64,000 nt of DNA from an uncultured Lentimicrobiaceae bacterium (lineage in GTDB: Bacteria; Bacteroidota; Bacteroidia; Bacteroidales; SKPS01), in NCBI GenBank assembly GCA_964652685.1, contig CAZZBS010000001.1, forward strand, positions 1,298 through 65,297, in the 5' to 3' direction. The notes below the pieces were generated by a model. It saw only the letters and a program-made list of their open reading frames with translations, did not search any database and had not been told where the DNA came from. The position numbers and the translations under genes were made by a program. Position 1 is the first letter of the stretch; each line of letters opens with the position of its first letter. Shown here one piece after another: positions 8,027 to 19,133 of the stretch.

Positions 8027-11000
8027 ATGAATAAAAAAGTTATCCGTTTTGGTATTCCTGCTGCCATTGTGGCGGTGGTCCTGGTTCTGATCCTTGCGAG
8101 GGCCGGTGGCCCTTTGACGTTGCTCAAGCCAGACCCGGCATTCCGGGATTACATCAATGCCTACACCTCAGGAGTCATCTCGGTTGAGGCTGCCATCAAG
8201 ATCAGGTTGACCCATCCTTTTGCCGATTCGCTGATGATCGGGAAAAAAGCAGATCCTTCCTTGTTCGGGTTCAGTCCTTCCCTGGCCGGTGATGTTTACT
8301 GGTCCGACAGCCGCACCATTGAGTTCAGGCCGGAAGGTGCCATGAAGCCCAACACGACCTATACCTGTACATTCAGCCTTGGAGGATTGAAAAGTGTACC
8401 TGAACGTTTCAAAGAGTTTGTCTTCCAGTTTCATACGATCAAACAGAACTATGAGATCCGGGTCAACACGCCGGTCATTATGAATGACAACCCTTCACTT
8501 TACAGTGTCACCGGAATCATTTCCACGGCTGACATTGCAGATCCGGCAAGGATCAGGGAGATGATTGAAGCGGTATATGAAGACAAACAGGTTGAAATCT
8601 TCTGGTTGGAGCCGGCAGGAAGGAACCGTTACCCTTTCCGCGTTGACAGTCTTGTGCGAAGTGTCCAGACAGCGACGCTGGTCTTGTCCCACGACGGTAA
8701 ACCGATCCGGGTGAATAAAAATGGGGAGCAATCGGTCAGGATCGCGGGTACCGCCGAATTTTCGGTAGTGGAGGCCCAGGTTGTTGACGAACCGGACCAG
8801 TGTGTGGTGATCACCTTCACTGACTTGCTGGACCCGTCAATGGATTTTGACGGGCTGGTCAGGATCGGGAACCTGAGAAACCTTCGCTTTACAGTAGACG
8901 GGAACCGCCTGAAAGTTTACCCCGGTTACAGCCAATCCGGCGAGATGACGCTGGTGGTTGAGTCATCGGTGAAAAACATCGACGGTAAAAGCCTGGGGAC
9001 ACTCTATTCCCAAAGCATTGGTTTTGAATCGTTGAAGCCGGCGGTCAGGATGGTGGGTGAAGGAACGGTCCTTCCGAGTACCAACGGGTTACTCTTCCCT
9101 TTCGAAGCGGTCAACCTGCATACCGTGGATGTGATGATCCAGAAGATTTACGAGAAGAACGTTCCCCAGTTTCTCCAGGTAAACGACCTTGGGGGTTCGG
9201 ATGAGATGTACCGGGTAGCCACAACGGTTTATGACAAGAGGGTAGATTTGCGACAGACCACCAGTAATGTGGCAGACTTCGGGCAATGGAACCGGTATGC
9301 CCTTGACCTGTCAAAGCTGATCAGTCCCGAACGGGGGGCTATTTATCGTGTGATCTTATCTTTCAAAAAGGAATATTCAACCTATCCCTGTGATGATACA
9401 CCTGAAGATGCTGAAAGCAGCCTGGTGCCTGTTGATGAGAAAGAAGAGGAAGAGGCAGGGGGGGGAGACTGGAGCTATATGGGTGATTATGAAGATGACT
9501 GGTATGGTTATTATGATTACGACTGGGACGAGCGTAACAATCCCTGTTCTAAATCCTATTACTATTACCGGTCGGTATCCAGGAACATACTGAGTTCAGA
9601 CATAGGGATCATCGCCAAGGCGGGCACCGACGGGGAACTCATCTGTTTCACCACCGACATCATTACGGCACTCCCGTTGAAAGGGCTTCAGGTACAGGTG
9701 CTTGATTATCAGTTGCAGGTGCTGGCAGAGGGGATCACAGATGAAGACGGCAAATGGGTAATACCGCTCAGGAGGAAGCCCTTTCTGATCATTGCCAAAC
9801 GGGGGGAAGAGCGAGGGTACCTGAAGTTGCTTGACGGGAATGCCCTGAGCATGAGTCTTTTTGATGTGGATGGGGAGAAGGTTCGCAGGGGGATCAAGGG
9901 ATTTCTTTATGCAGAGCGGGGTGTATGGCGTCCCGGGGATACGTTGTTCATTCATTTCATCCTGGAAGACAAGCAGAAACAGTTGCCACAGGATGTACCG
10001 GTGTTGTTTGAGCTTTCTGATCCACAGGGAAACATCATCCGGAGGAAGGTGGCTAACGCTTCGGTCCGTGGAATTTACGAATTCCACACCACGACCGATG
10101 AGAGTGCCATCACGGGAAACTACCTTGGAAGGGTAATGATCGGGAATCTTGTATTTTCGAGGTATTTCAAAGTGGAGACTATAAAGCCCAACCGGTTAAA
10201 GATAGAGTTGAGGTTTCCCGGTGACAGGATCACTGCCGGGCAGGAGGGAACCGGCACCCTAGAGGCGAGGTGGCTGCATGGAGCCCTGGCTCCCGGGCTG
10301 AAGGCCAGTGTGTCCATGACCATGGAAAAAGGGAAGACCCAATACCAGGGTTTTGAGGGATATCAATTTGATGATCCCATGGCCTCCTTTTACACCGAGA
10401 CTTCAGAGGTCTTTGAAGGGAATCTTGATCAGGCAGGCCGTTGCGTCATTGATCCGGGCATTGAGCTGGAGGAGAATGCGCCCGGGGTATTGAGGGCCAC
10501 CTTCAGCACCAAGGTTTTTGAACCGGGAGGTGACTTCAGCATCAATACAACGACTGTACCCTATTATCCATTCAACAGTTATGCAGGTCTTTGGGTGCCC
10601 AGAGGCACTGGTTGGTGGGACATGTTAGAGTCGGGCAGAAGACATACGTTCAAGGTAGCCAACGTGACCCTTGAAGGGAAAAGTATCTCTTCAGCCAGGT
10701 TGAAAGTTGAGGTGTACAAGATCGACTGGCGGTGGTGGTGGCAGAACACCGAAAGGGGTCTCCCCTATTTCTTGTCCAACACCCAGGCGGTACCGGTTCA
10801 TAAGACCGAGGTGACCATCTCCGGTGGGCGCGGGCAGTTCACCTGGGGTGTAGGGGAAAAGGACTGGGGCCGGTATCTTATCCGGGTGACGGATCCCCGG
10901 AGCGGACATGCCACGGGGAAGGTGGTGTACATGGATTATCCCGGTTGGGGCAGGCGGTCCGGACAGATGCGGGAGGGGGCCTCGATGCTCACCATTTCAA

Positions 11001-13591
11001 CCGACAAAGGCCGTTACCAAACCGGAGAAAAGGTAGTTGTTACGATACCCTCTTCGCCGCTGGGAAGGGCACTTGTAAGCATCGAAACCGGCACGAAGGT
11101 GTTACGGACAGAATGGATGCCTACTGACAGCGGCACCACCCGGTTCGATTTCACCGTCACGCCGGAAATGGCTCCGAATGTATATGTACATATCACCCTT
11201 TTGCAACCTCACCGTCAGACCATTAACGATATGCCCATCCGTATGTACGGGGTGGTCCCGGTACTGGTGGAGGATCCTGGCACTTTCCTGAAGCCGGTGA
11301 TCACCACTGCTGCCACATGGGAATCCGAATCGGAGGTTTCCATCAGCGTCCATGAACAGAGCGGGAGGCCCATGGCATACACCCTTGCGGTTGTGGACGA
11401 TGGGCTGCTGGATCTGACCGGTTTCAAAACGCCCGATCCCTGGAAGTATTTCTATGGGAAAGAGGCGCTGGGTGTCAAGAGCTGGGACCTGTTTTCGGAG
11501 GTGATCGGGGCCATGGCAGGTGGATTTGAGAGGCTTCTGAGCATCGGGGGTGGTGACACCCGGATCAACTACGACAAGCAGAAGACCCGGCGGTTTGCCC
11601 CGGTGGTGAGGTCTTTCGGGCCTTTCTTCCTGGAGGGTGGCAAGAGGGGTACACACCGGTTCACGATGCCGCAGTATGTAGGCTCCGTGCGGGTCATGGT
11701 GGTGGCAGCCCATGAAGGAGCTTATGGAAATACTGAGAAAACGGTCACTGTAAAAAGCCCGTTGATGGTGCTGGGGACCCTTCCCCGTGTTGCAGGTCCG
11801 GGTGAAGAAATCCATCTGCCCGTCAGTGTTTTTGCCATGGAGAAAGAGATAAAGAATGTCCAGGTGAAGATCACCCCGGGCGGACTCTTTGAAACGATGG
11901 ATGCCTCCGCCAAAAACCTCACCTTTAACCAGACCGGTGACCAGTTGGTCAATTTCAGGCTGAAGGTAAAAAACCAGACGGGACCAGCTTCGGTGGAGAT
12001 CGTGGCGGCAAGCAGGGGCAGGACCGCCCGTCATACCATCCATCTGGAAGTCAGGAATCCAAATCCACCGGAAACAGCTGTCATCGAGGCAACCCTTCAA
12101 CCGGGCGAACAGTGGAATGGAGAGCTGGCTTTCACCGGAATAACCGGCACCAACAGGGCAGAAATCGAACTTTCAGCCATTCCGCCCCTGAACCTCGCAG
12201 AAAGACTTGACTACCTCATCACCTATCCCCATGGGTGCCTGGAGCAGATCATTTCATCGGCCTTCCCCCAACTGATGATCCGCGATCTCATTTATCTCGA
12301 TAAGCGCTCATTGCTTGAAACCGATGCCCACATCAGGGCAGCCCTCGACAGAATAATCCAATATATGGCTGCTGACGGGACACTCTCCTACTGGCCAAAC
12401 GGGAGCTATTACAACGACTGGTCGCAGAGCTATGCGGGACATTTCATGATCGAAGCTGAAAAAAAAGGTTTCGTTCTGCCACCGGGTATCAAGAAGCGCT
12501 GGCTGGGCACCCAGAAGAGGATAGCCGGCAACTGGAAAGCATCTGCCACCTACCGGCAGGATGATTTTATCCAGGCCTACCGCCTTTACACCATGGCCCT
12601 GGCGGGCGAGCCCGAAATCGGCGCCATGAACCGGTTACGAAACACGCCCAACCTCTCGGTACAGGCGAAATGGCGACTTGCTGCTGCCTACCTTCTGGCA
12701 GGGAAACACAAAACAGGGCAGAACCTCGTGGCAGGTATCCCTGAAACTGTCGCACCCTACCATGAATACGGATATACTTTCGGCACGGAACTCAGAGATA
12801 AAGCCATGATCCTTGAAACAAAACTATTGATGAATGAGACAGTTTCGGTTGGTGATGCCGTTAAGCACATCGTCACCAACCTTAACAGCCAGCAGTGGTA
12901 TAACACCCAGACCACTGCCTATGCTCTCATCGCCCTCTCCGGTTACTATGCAAAAAACAAAGCTGCAGAAGGGCTCGACTGCCACTACCAATACAACGGT
13001 AAAACGGTAACGGTTAAAACTGACCGTGCCTTGTTTACCAATGCAATACCGGGCCTTGAAAGCGGAGGCACAAAAAATATCGTTGTGAAAAACAACAGCC
13101 GCAGTACCCTGTATGCGAAAATCAGGATGACAGGGATACCGATGCCGGGCACCGAAACACCCGTCAGCAGAAAACTCATCATGACAGTTGAATACCTCAC
13201 CCTGTCAGGGAAAAAGATCGATCCCGCAAAAATCACCCAGGGAAGCGACTTCATGGCAAGGATTACCATCACCAATACTTCACCCGATAACATCGAGGAA
13301 CTGGCACTGACCCATATCATCCCTTCAGGATGGCAGATCCATAACACCCGTTTGACAGGTGCCACAGATACACGTGCAGGCAACCAGGGTCAGATGAATT
13401 ACCAGGATATCAGGGATGACAGGATCCTGACCTATTTCAACCTGATGGCCATGAAATCGAAAACCTTCACCATCATGCTCAATGCCACCTATGCCGGTCG
13501 ATTCTATATGCCGGCCATCCAGTGTGAAGCAATGTATGTAAAAGATGTCTTTGCAAGAACCAAAGGGCAATGGGTTGAAATCGTCAAATGA
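8027..13591 (+). CDS. Bacterial alpha-2-macroglobulin family protein (YfhM-like), thioester-containing
   Basis: 1854 aa with an N-terminal signal/anchor. Thioester motif YPHGCLEQIISSAFPQL (CLEQ codons at 12236-12247). Size and MG-domain-like repeats are typical of bacterial A2M. Confidence 0.9.
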   Translation: MNKKVIRFGIPAAIVAVVLVLILARAGGPLTLLKPDPAFRDYINAYTSGVISVEAAIKIRLTHPFADSLMIGKKADPSLFGFSPSLAGDVYWSDSRTIEFRPEGAMKPNTTYTCTFSLGGLKSVPERFKEFVFQFHTIKQNYEIRVNTPVIMNDNPSLYSVTGIISTADIADPARIREMIEAVYEDKQVEIFWLEPAGRNRYPFRVDSLVRSVQTATLVLSHDGKPIRVNKNGEQSVRIAGTAEFSVVEAQVVDEPDQCVVITFTDLLDPSMDFDGLVRIGNLRNLRFTVDGNRLKVYPGYSQSGEMTLVVESSVKNIDGKSLGTLYSQSIGFESLKPAVRMVGEGTVLPSTNGLLFPFEAVNLHTVDVMIQKIYEKNVPQFLQVNDLGGSDEMYRVATTVYDKRVDLRQTTSNVADFGQWNRYALDLSKLISPERGAIYRVILSFKKEYSTYPCDDTPEDAESSLVPVDEKEEEEAGGGDWSYMGDYEDDWYGYYDYDWDERNNPCSKSYYYYRSVSRNILSSDIGIIAKAGTDGELICFTTDIITALPLKGLQVQVLDYQLQVLAEGITDEDGKWVIPLRRKPFLIIAKRGEERGYLKLLDGNALSMSLFDVDGEKVRRGIKGFLYAERGVWRPGDTLFIHFILEDKQKQLPQDVPVLFELSDPQGNIIRRKVANASVRGIYEFHTTTDESAITGNYLGRVMIGNLVFSRYFKVETIKPNRLKIELRFPGDRITAGQEGTGTLEARWLHGALAPGLKASVSMTMEKGKTQYQGFEGYQFDDPMASFYTETSEVFEGNLDQAGRCVIDPGIELEENAPGVLRATFSTKVFEPGGDFSINTTTVPYYPFNSYAGLWVPRGTGWWDMLESGRRHTFKVANVTLEGKSISSARLKVEVYKIDWRWWWQNTERGLPYFLSNTQAVPVHKTEVTISGGRGQFTWGVGEKDWGRYLIRVTDPRSGHATGKVVYMDYPGWGRRSGQMREGASMLTISTDKGRYQTGEKVVVTIPSSPLGRALVSIETGTKVLRTEWMPTDSGTTRFDFTVTPEMAPNVYVHITLLQPHRQTINDMPIRMYGVVPVLVEDPGTFLKPVITTAATWESESEVSISVHEQSGRPMAYTLAVVDDGLLDLTGFKTPDPWKYFYGKEALGVKSWDLFSEVIGAMAGGFERLLSIGGGDTRINYDKQKTRRFAPVVRSFGPFFLEGGKRGTHRFTMPQYVGSVRVMVVAAHEGAYGNTEKTVTVKSPLMVLGTLPRVAGPGEEIHLPVSVFAMEKEIKNVQVKITPGGLFETMDASAKNLTFNQTGDQLVNFRLKVKNQTGPASVEIVAASRGRTARHTIHLEVRNPNPPETAVIEATLQPGEQWNGELAFTGITGTNRAEIELSAIPPLNLAERLDYLITYPHGCLEQIISSAFPQLMIRDLIYLDKRSLLETDAHIRAALDRIIQYMAADGTLSYWPNGSYYNDWSQSYAGHFMIEAEKKGFVLPPGIKKRWLGTQKRIAGNWKASATYRQDDFIQAYRLYTMALAGEPEIGAMNRLRNTPNLSVQAKWRLAAAYLLAGKHKTGQNLVAGIPETVAPYHEYGYTFGTELRDKAMILETKLLMNETVSVGDAVKHIVTNLNSQQWYNTQTTAYALIALSGYYAKNKAAEGLDCHYQYNGKTVTVKTDRALFTNAIPGLESGGTKNIVVKNNSRSTLYAKIRMTGIPMPGTETPVSRKLIMTVEYLTLSGKKIDPAKITQGSDFMARITITNTSPDNIEELALTHIIPSGWQIHNTRLTGATDTRAGNQGQMNYQDIRDDRILTYFNLMAMKSKTFTIMLNATYAGRFYMPAIQCEAMYVKDVFARTKGQWVEIVK

Positions 13592-13691
13592 CCTGTGTTT
13601 CATATCGGAAAAGGGGTTACATTTGCACGTCTGGTGCGGTATAACCCCATCTTTCAATAAATAATTGTTCATACTTAAATTCCTCTCATTG

Positions 13692-14981
13692 ATGAAAAAG
13701 CACTGCTGGCTTGTAACCATGACCATCTTCATGACCATTGCTTTATCTGCACAGGAGGTTTCCGTCCTGGCAAAAATTCCCGGTTCCTGCCTGCCGGGGG
13801 ATAGTTTTACCGTTGAATTGCACATCTGGAAAACGGGTATTGAAGGTTTTGCGAGGTTACAGCAACAGCTTCCCGCAGGATTTTCTGCCATAGTTGCGGA
13901 TGCTGCGGGGGGCGATTTCACTTTCGACAAGCAGAAGGCATCTTTCATCTGGCTGAAGATACCCGATCAGGATACGATAACCGTAAGTTACACGGTTACG
14001 TCAGGGCAAGGGCTTTCCGGCACCTTCGCAATCGGGGAAGGTGTTTTTTCCTATCTTTCAGAAAACAAAATCCAAAAACATCTTATACCTCCCACTTCCC
14101 TAACCATTGAAGGCCAGGAGCCGGTCATCGCTGAAGCCGAAACAACGGAACCCCGGCCAGAGATAGCTGAAGCAGATTCTGAGCTGCTGGAGGTGATACA
14201 GGAGCCGGAAGAGGTAATTCCCGAACCGGAGGAGGTAGTACAGGAACCACAGGAGGTAATTCCCGAACCGGAGGAGGTAATTCCCGAACCGGAGGAGGTA
14301 ATTCAGAAACCGGAAGAGGAAATTCCCGAACTGCAGGAAGTAATTCAGAAACCGGAAGAGGAAATTCCCGAACCGCAGGAGATGGTACAGGAAGTTATCA
14401 CCGTAGTACCTGAGGCAGAATCCGAATTGGGGGTGGTCATCAAAGAAACAGTCGTGACTGAACCAGAAATTCCGGACGAGATCAAGGAAACGATCGCCGG
14501 CCAGTCTGAGGTGCCGCAAACCCAAATTCAGCCGGCAAAGGAGGAGCCACCGGTTAATGAGCCTTTGCCTGTTCATAGGGATGTTCCGGCTAAACCGGAC
14601 CCTGAAAAAGATGCTTTACCACCGGCCCAGGTTGAAAAAGCTGTTAAAGAAGATATCGGGCCTGCCGTCACCAAGCAACAAATCCTTTTCAGGGTTCAAT
14701 GCTGTGCATTGAAACAATTCAAAGAGGCAGAACATATCAGGAATTATTATCAACTGAAGGAGGAGGTGCATCACGAATATATTGACGGCTGGTACAAATA
14801 TACGTACGGTACTTTTGCCACCTATGAAGAAGCAAAGAGGGCGAGCAGGCATTTCCGCCAACAGCATCCGGAGGCCTCTTTTGTCGTAGGGTATGAAAAC
14901 GGTAAGCGGATAGACATCCGGTATGCGATCGAAAAAAGCAATCCGGGGAAATTGATCACTTTGTTTCCATCACTCCAATGA
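13692..14981 (+). CDS. Secreted protein with acidic PE-rich repeat linker and C-terminal SPOR-like domain
   Basis: Signal peptide MKKHCWLVTMTIFMTIALSAQE from the ATG at 13692. Ten 7-aa EEVIPEP-type repeats. C-terminal ILFRVQCCALKQFKEAEHI...YKYTYGTFATYEEAKRA resembles SPOR. Confidence 0.65.
   Translation: MKKHCWLVTMTIFMTIALSAQEVSVLAKIPGSCLPGDSFTVELHIWKTGIEGFARLQQQLPAGFSAIVADAAGGDFTFDKQKASFIWLKIPDQDTITVSYTVTSGQGLSGTFAIGEGVFSYLSENKIQKHLIPPTSLTIEGQEPVIAEAETTEPRPEIAEADSELLEVIQEPEEVIPEPEEVVQEPQEVIPEPEEVIPEPEEVIQKPEEEIPELQEVIQKPEEEIPEPQEMVQEVITVVPEAESELGVVIKETVVTEPEIPDEIKETIAGQSEVPQTQIQPAKEEPPVNEPLPVHRDVPAKPDPEKDALPPAQVEKAVKEDIGPAVTKQQILFRVQCCALKQFKEAEHIRNYYQLKEEVHHEYIDGWYKYTYGTFATYEEAKRASRHFRQQHPEASFVVGYENGKRIDIRYAIEKSNPGKLITLFPSLQ
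14190..14399 (+). repeat. In-frame 21-bp tandem repeat, about 10 copies (gaggtaattcccgaaccggag consensus)
   Basis: Read directly. Encodes EVIPEPE/EVIQKPE/EEIPEPQ units. Confidence 0.9.
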
Positions 14982-16081
14982 TCTGCGGATTATCTTTGAT
15001 TAGAAAACGCCATTTTCTTTTCCTGGTTTTGATGATACCGGTCATGACAGGTATATCACCTGTTTTCGGGCAAGACACCCTTGAACCTATCGAAGAGGAC
15101 AGCCTGATCGTCCGGAAATACCTGAACCTGGGCGCTAATGCCGGATTTATCGGCTATTTCGGCGAGCTCCCCAACCATTACACTGCCAATCCTTTTGAAA
15201 GGCTGAGTGGACAGTTGTTTTTCAACTACGGGGTAAGTCCCTCTTTTACCCTGGGTGTTGCCTTTACCAGCGGGAGTTTTATCGGTCAGATCCGCTCCAA
15301 CGGATCCGACGCTTTGTTTTCCAATCTTAATGTAAAGACCACCCTGCTGGTGCCACAGCTCCGGATCACCTATCATACCGGAAGCCTGTTCAGGTATAAC
15401 CTGCCAGGCATCTTTCAGCCCTGGGCATATACCGGAATGGAAGCAGTCTTCTTCAACCCCCTGGGTGACCTTACCGCCGCAGACGGTTCAATCTACCATT
15501 ACTGGAAGGACGGCTCCATCAGGAATCTGCCTGAAACACCCGAAAATCTTGACAAAGCAAAACAGCTCCAACGCGATTATTTCTACGAAACCCTCCTGCG
15601 GGAGGCTGACCTTGATTCGATGGGAAGCTACCCGTTAGCAACACCCGCCATCCCTCTTGGCCTTGGTTTCGACATCAACCTGAACCGCTCTTTCACACTT
15701 TCCTTTGGTGCTTCTTACCATTTCACCTTCACCGACCACCTGGATGATATTACCTATAAAAGCGGGGCGCTGGATCCGACAAGGGCTATCGGAGATAAAC
15801 GCACAGATTCATGGTTTTATATCCATGCCGGCCTTACCTTTAAGTATTATGAAATACAAAAGGTAAAAACCCTGAAGATCATTGTACCACCCATGGCCCC
15901 GCTTCCGGACGATTTCGTCCCCTTCGACCTGAACAACGACCGGATTATCCAGCGGGATGAGGTCATTCAGGCCATCAACGACCTCTTCAACGGGGAAAGC
16001 GAATTTGACACAGAATTGGTAGAACTGCTGGTTGATTTTTATAATGTGCAGGAAACAACACGCGAGAAGATACGGTTTTGA
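14978..16081 (+). CDS. Putative outer-membrane beta-barrel protein with C-terminal EF-hand-like calcium loop
   Basis: ATGA overlap with the upstream stop. Signal peptide, then alternating aromatic/Gly beta-strand-like segments (FTLGVAFTSGSF, LGLGFDINL, FTLSFGASYHFTF, YIHAGLTFKY). DLNNDRIIQRDE fits DxNxDxxxxxxE. Confidence 0.5.
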   Translation: MICGLSLIRKRHFLFLVLMIPVMTGISPVFGQDTLEPIEEDSLIVRKYLNLGANAGFIGYFGELPNHYTANPFERLSGQLFFNYGVSPSFTLGVAFTSGSFIGQIRSNGSDALFSNLNVKTTLLVPQLRITYHTGSLFRYNLPGIFQPWAYTGMEAVFFNPLGDLTAADGSIYHYWKDGSIRNLPETPENLDKAKQLQRDYFYETLLREADLDSMGSYPLATPAIPLGLGFDINLNRSFTLSFGASYHFTFTDHLDDITYKSGALDPTRAIGDKRTDSWFYIHAGLTFKYYEIQKVKTLKIIVPPMAPLPDDFVPFDLNNDRIIQRDEVIQAINDLFNGESEFDTELVELLVDFYNVQETTREKIRF

Positions 16082-16183
16082 TAGCGGCAGGTTGTTTTAC
16101 CTGAAAAATTACCCTGAGACAATGCCAATCATTACGTACAATTGTATACTTTTATACCCATGATCATTCACCCCAATACAACG

Positions 16184-18292
16184 ATGAAAAAGATACCTTT
16201 TATATTCATATTGACAGCATTGCATCTGCCTGCAATGCTACAGCCCCTGCCTTCGACCTATGACCTGAGAAACGTCCAGGCTGTTAATTATGTCACTTCC
16301 GTAAAAAACCAGCAGGGGGGAACCTGCTGGACACATGGTGCCATGGCGGCCATGGAAGGCAACCTGCGGATGACGGGTAACTGGACTGCAGCCGGTGAGA
16401 CCGGTGAACCCAACCTCGCAGAGTATCACCTTGACTGGTGGAACGGCTTTAACGAACATTACAACAAGGATGTCAATCCACCCACCGGAAGCGGTCTCGT
16501 TGTGCATAACGGAGGTGATTACCGTGTGACTTCGGCCTACCTTTCCAGAGGTGACGGGGCCGTCAGGGATATCGACGGGCAATCCTACAACACTTCGCCA
16601 CTTTTTTACGCCTCTACCTATCACAAATACTATCCCCGTCATATCGAATGGTACTATATGACGAGCGGCCTCACCGGGATCAACACCATCAAACAAAAGG
16701 TCATTGACTACGGGGTGATGGGCACCTGCATGGATTATAACAATGCATTCCTTGTTTCGGGGTATATCCATTATCAGCCCCCTTCCAGCCTCGAAGATCC
16801 GAACCATGCAGTGGCCATCATCGGATGGGATGATTCCAAGGTTACCCAGGCCCCCTATCCCGGGGCATGGCTCTGCAAAAACAGCTGGGGCACCGGATGG
16901 GGCAATGCGGGTTACTTCTGGATATCTTATTATGACAAGCACTGTGGACGCCACCCGGAAATGGGGGCTATCTCATTCATCGACGTGATACCATACCCCT
17001 ATTACCAGGTGCATTATCACGATTATCATGGCTGGCGCGATACGAAAGATTCTGTTTATGAAGCTTTTAATGCTTTTCAATCCGATAATCCGGAGGTGAT
17101 ATCATCCGTGAGTTTCTACACCGCTGCCGACTCAGTAGATTACAAGGTAACGATCTTTGATTCTTTCTCCGGAGGTATTCTTACCGACACCCTGTCGGTC
17201 AAAGAGGGCTTTTTTGCCCACACAGGTTTTCACACGGTGGACCTGAGCAACACAGTCAAACGTTTTCCCGGTGATGATTTTTACGTATATCTGTGGTTAA
17301 GCGACGGAGGGCATCCTTATGACTGCACTTCAGACGTACCGGTACTCCTTGGGGGGGATACACGAACCACCGTTTCCAGCAGCGCCAAACCGGGCGAAAG
17401 TTTTTTCTTCCACAATGGAGCATGGACCGACCTGACCACATTGGATACTACGGCCAACTTCTGCATCAAAGCGCTGAGCGTCGGGCCGCTGCCGGCACAG
17501 CCAGGTATGCCCACCGGCGCACTTCCCGTATACTGCAATCCAACCGATACCATACACCTCGCCGTCCAATCGGTTCCCCTGGCAGACTCCCTGCTTTGGA
17601 CCATCTCCCCGGCCGGTGCCGGTACCATCCTGCCGGGTATAAACAGCGCCAACCTTATCATCAATCCATCATACCAGGGGACCATTGCTGTGAACGTGGC
17701 CGGTGTCAACGACCATGGATCAGGCCAATGGTCTGATACACTCTCTATCCTTACATTCCCCAAACAACACCTAGGCAACATTACCGGTGACACGATGTAT
17801 GTATATGTTTCTTCTATCCATTCGTACCAGGTGCAGGATATCCCCACCTACCAGTATTTCTGGAACGTAAGCGGTGGCAATATCGTAACTGGTACCGGCA
17901 CCCATGCCATTGATGTGCAATGGTTTAATCCCTACTCCAACCTGATCGTGGTGTATGCTGAGAATACCTACGGATGCCAGAGTGATACATCGCAACTGGT
18001 AGTGCCTGTTACCAACGTCGGTTTGGATGAACCTGAAAACACCTGTCTGAATGTCCATCCGAATCCCGCAACCCATGAATGCTTCATTACCGGGCTTCCG
18101 GCAAGTGAAGGGCTTTACAGGATAACCATGACCGATATGGCAGGAAGAAGAATCAAAATATCAGCAAAAGAGATAGATTCAGGTACATATAATATTTCGC
18201 TGAATGCCATCCCGGAGGGCATTTACATGTTGAACGTATCCACAATCGGTATGAACCTTAAAACCATGCTGGTTGTTCAAAACAAAAAATAG
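16184..18292 (+). CDS. Papain-family (C1) cysteine peptidase with T9SS C-terminal sorting domain
   Basis: Catalytic motifs [18 protein letters not shown] (Cys), [11 protein letters not shown] (His) and [18 protein letters not shown] (Asn/Trp). C-terminus [17 protein letters not shown]...GIYMLNV...LVVQNKK is T9SS CTD-like. The ATG at 16184 gives signal peptide [13 protein letters not shown]. Confidence 0.85.
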   Translation: MKKIPFIFILTALHLPAMLQPLPSTYDLRNVQAVNYVTSVKNQQGGTCWTHGAMAAMEGNLRMTGNWTAAGETGEPNLAEYHLDWWNGFNEHYNKDVNPPTGSGLVVHNGGDYRVTSAYLSRGDGAVRDIDGQSYNTSPLFYASTYHKYYPRHIEWYYMTSGLTGINTIKQKVIDYGVMGTCMDYNNAFLVSGYIHYQPPSSLEDPNHAVAIIGWDDSKVTQAPYPGAWLCKNSWGTGWGNAGYFWISYYDKHCGRHPEMGAISFIDVIPYPYYQVHYHDYHGWRDTKDSVYEAFNAFQSDNPEVISSVSFYTAADSVDYKVTIFDSFSGGILTDTLSVKEGFFAHTGFHTVDLSNTVKRFPGDDFYVYLWLSDGGHPYDCTSDVPVLLGGDTRTTVSSSAKPGESFFFHNGAWTDLTTLDTTANFCIKALSVGPLPAQPGMPTGALPVYCNPTDTIHLAVQSVPLADSLLWTISPAGAGTILPGINSANLIINPSYQGTIAVNVAGVNDHGSGQWSDTLSILTFPKQHLGNITGDTMYVYVSSIHSYQVQDIPTYQYFWNVSGGNIVTGTGTHAIDVQWFNPYSNLIVVYAENTYGCQSDTSQLVVPVTNVGLDEPENTCLNVHPNPATHECFITGLPASEGLYRITMTDMAGRRIKISAKEIDSGTYNISLNAIPEGIYMLNVSTIGMNLKTMLVVQNKK

Positions 18293-18315
18293 AAACCTTA
18301 TCAAAACATCCTATT

Positions 18316-19125
18316 ATGAAGAATATATTCAGATTATCATGTTATGCATTCCTGGTCACGATGCTGTTGCTTTCCCTTGGATGTACCAAGGACGATAAAA
18401 CCATCAACATCTTCACCATCCAGGACGACATTGACCTGGGCAACCAGATTGCCGCAGAGATTGCCGCTGACCCTGCCAATTACCCAATATTGAGCAGGAC
18501 CCAGTATGCTACGGCTTACGAGCACCTTGACAGGGTGATGAATACCATACTGGCCACCGGCAAGGTCCTCTATGACTCCACCTTCCCCTGGACAGCCTAC
18601 ATCATCCAGAACGACACAATAGTGAATGCATTTGCTACACCCGGAGGACACCTGTATTTTTATACCGGTCTTATCAAAACCCTTGACAATGAGGCCCAGT
18701 TTGCCGGTGTGATGGCCCACGAGATGGCCCATTGTGCACGGCGCCATACCACCGATCAGCTCACCAGGGCTTACGGATTGTCTGTTCTGATGTCCATTGT
18801 CCTGGGGGATAATCCTTCGATGCTGGCTCAGCTGGCTGCCGACATTGCAGGGGGATTGACTACCCTGGCCTTCAGCAGGAATATGGAATATGAAGCCGAC
18901 CGGTTTGCCATCCGGTATCTGAGCAGTACCGATTATCATCCGCTTGGATTGGCCGATTTTTTCACCAAAATCGAAGGATTGCCCCAACCGCCCACATTCC
19001 TGAGCACCCATCCATCACCTGAGGACCGGATTGCCAAGATCCAGGAAGAATGGGTTGCCAATGGTTCCAAGGTGGGAGATTATTACGAAACCAGATACCT
19101 GGATTTTAAAGCTGCCCTTCCATAA
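18316..19125 (+). CDS. M48-family zinc metallopeptidase, lipoprotein
   Basis: Lipobox LLLSLGC. HEMAH zinc motif (MAHEMAHCARRH) and downstream EYEADRF. Confidence 0.85.
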   Translation: MKNIFRLSCYAFLVTMLLLSLGCTKDDKTINIFTIQDDIDLGNQIAAEIAADPANYPILSRTQYATAYEHLDRVMNTILATGKVLYDSTFPWTAYIIQNDTIVNAFATPGGHLYFYTGLIKTLDNEAQFAGVMAHEMAHCARRHTTDQLTRAYGLSVLMSIVLGDNPSMLAQLAADIAGGLTTLAFSRNMEYEADRFAIRYLSSTDYHPLGLADFFTKIEGLPQPPTFLSTHPSPEDRIAKIQEEWVANGSKVGDYYETRYLDFKAALP

Positions 19126-19133
19126 ACAGGGTT

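Noticed and set aside
13614-13649. Possible terminator hairpin after the A2M gene (ggggtta ... taacccc).
   Set aside because: It has only a 7-bp stem, a 22-nt loop and a weak T-tract. That is too weak to call, and the downstream genes may be co-transcribed.
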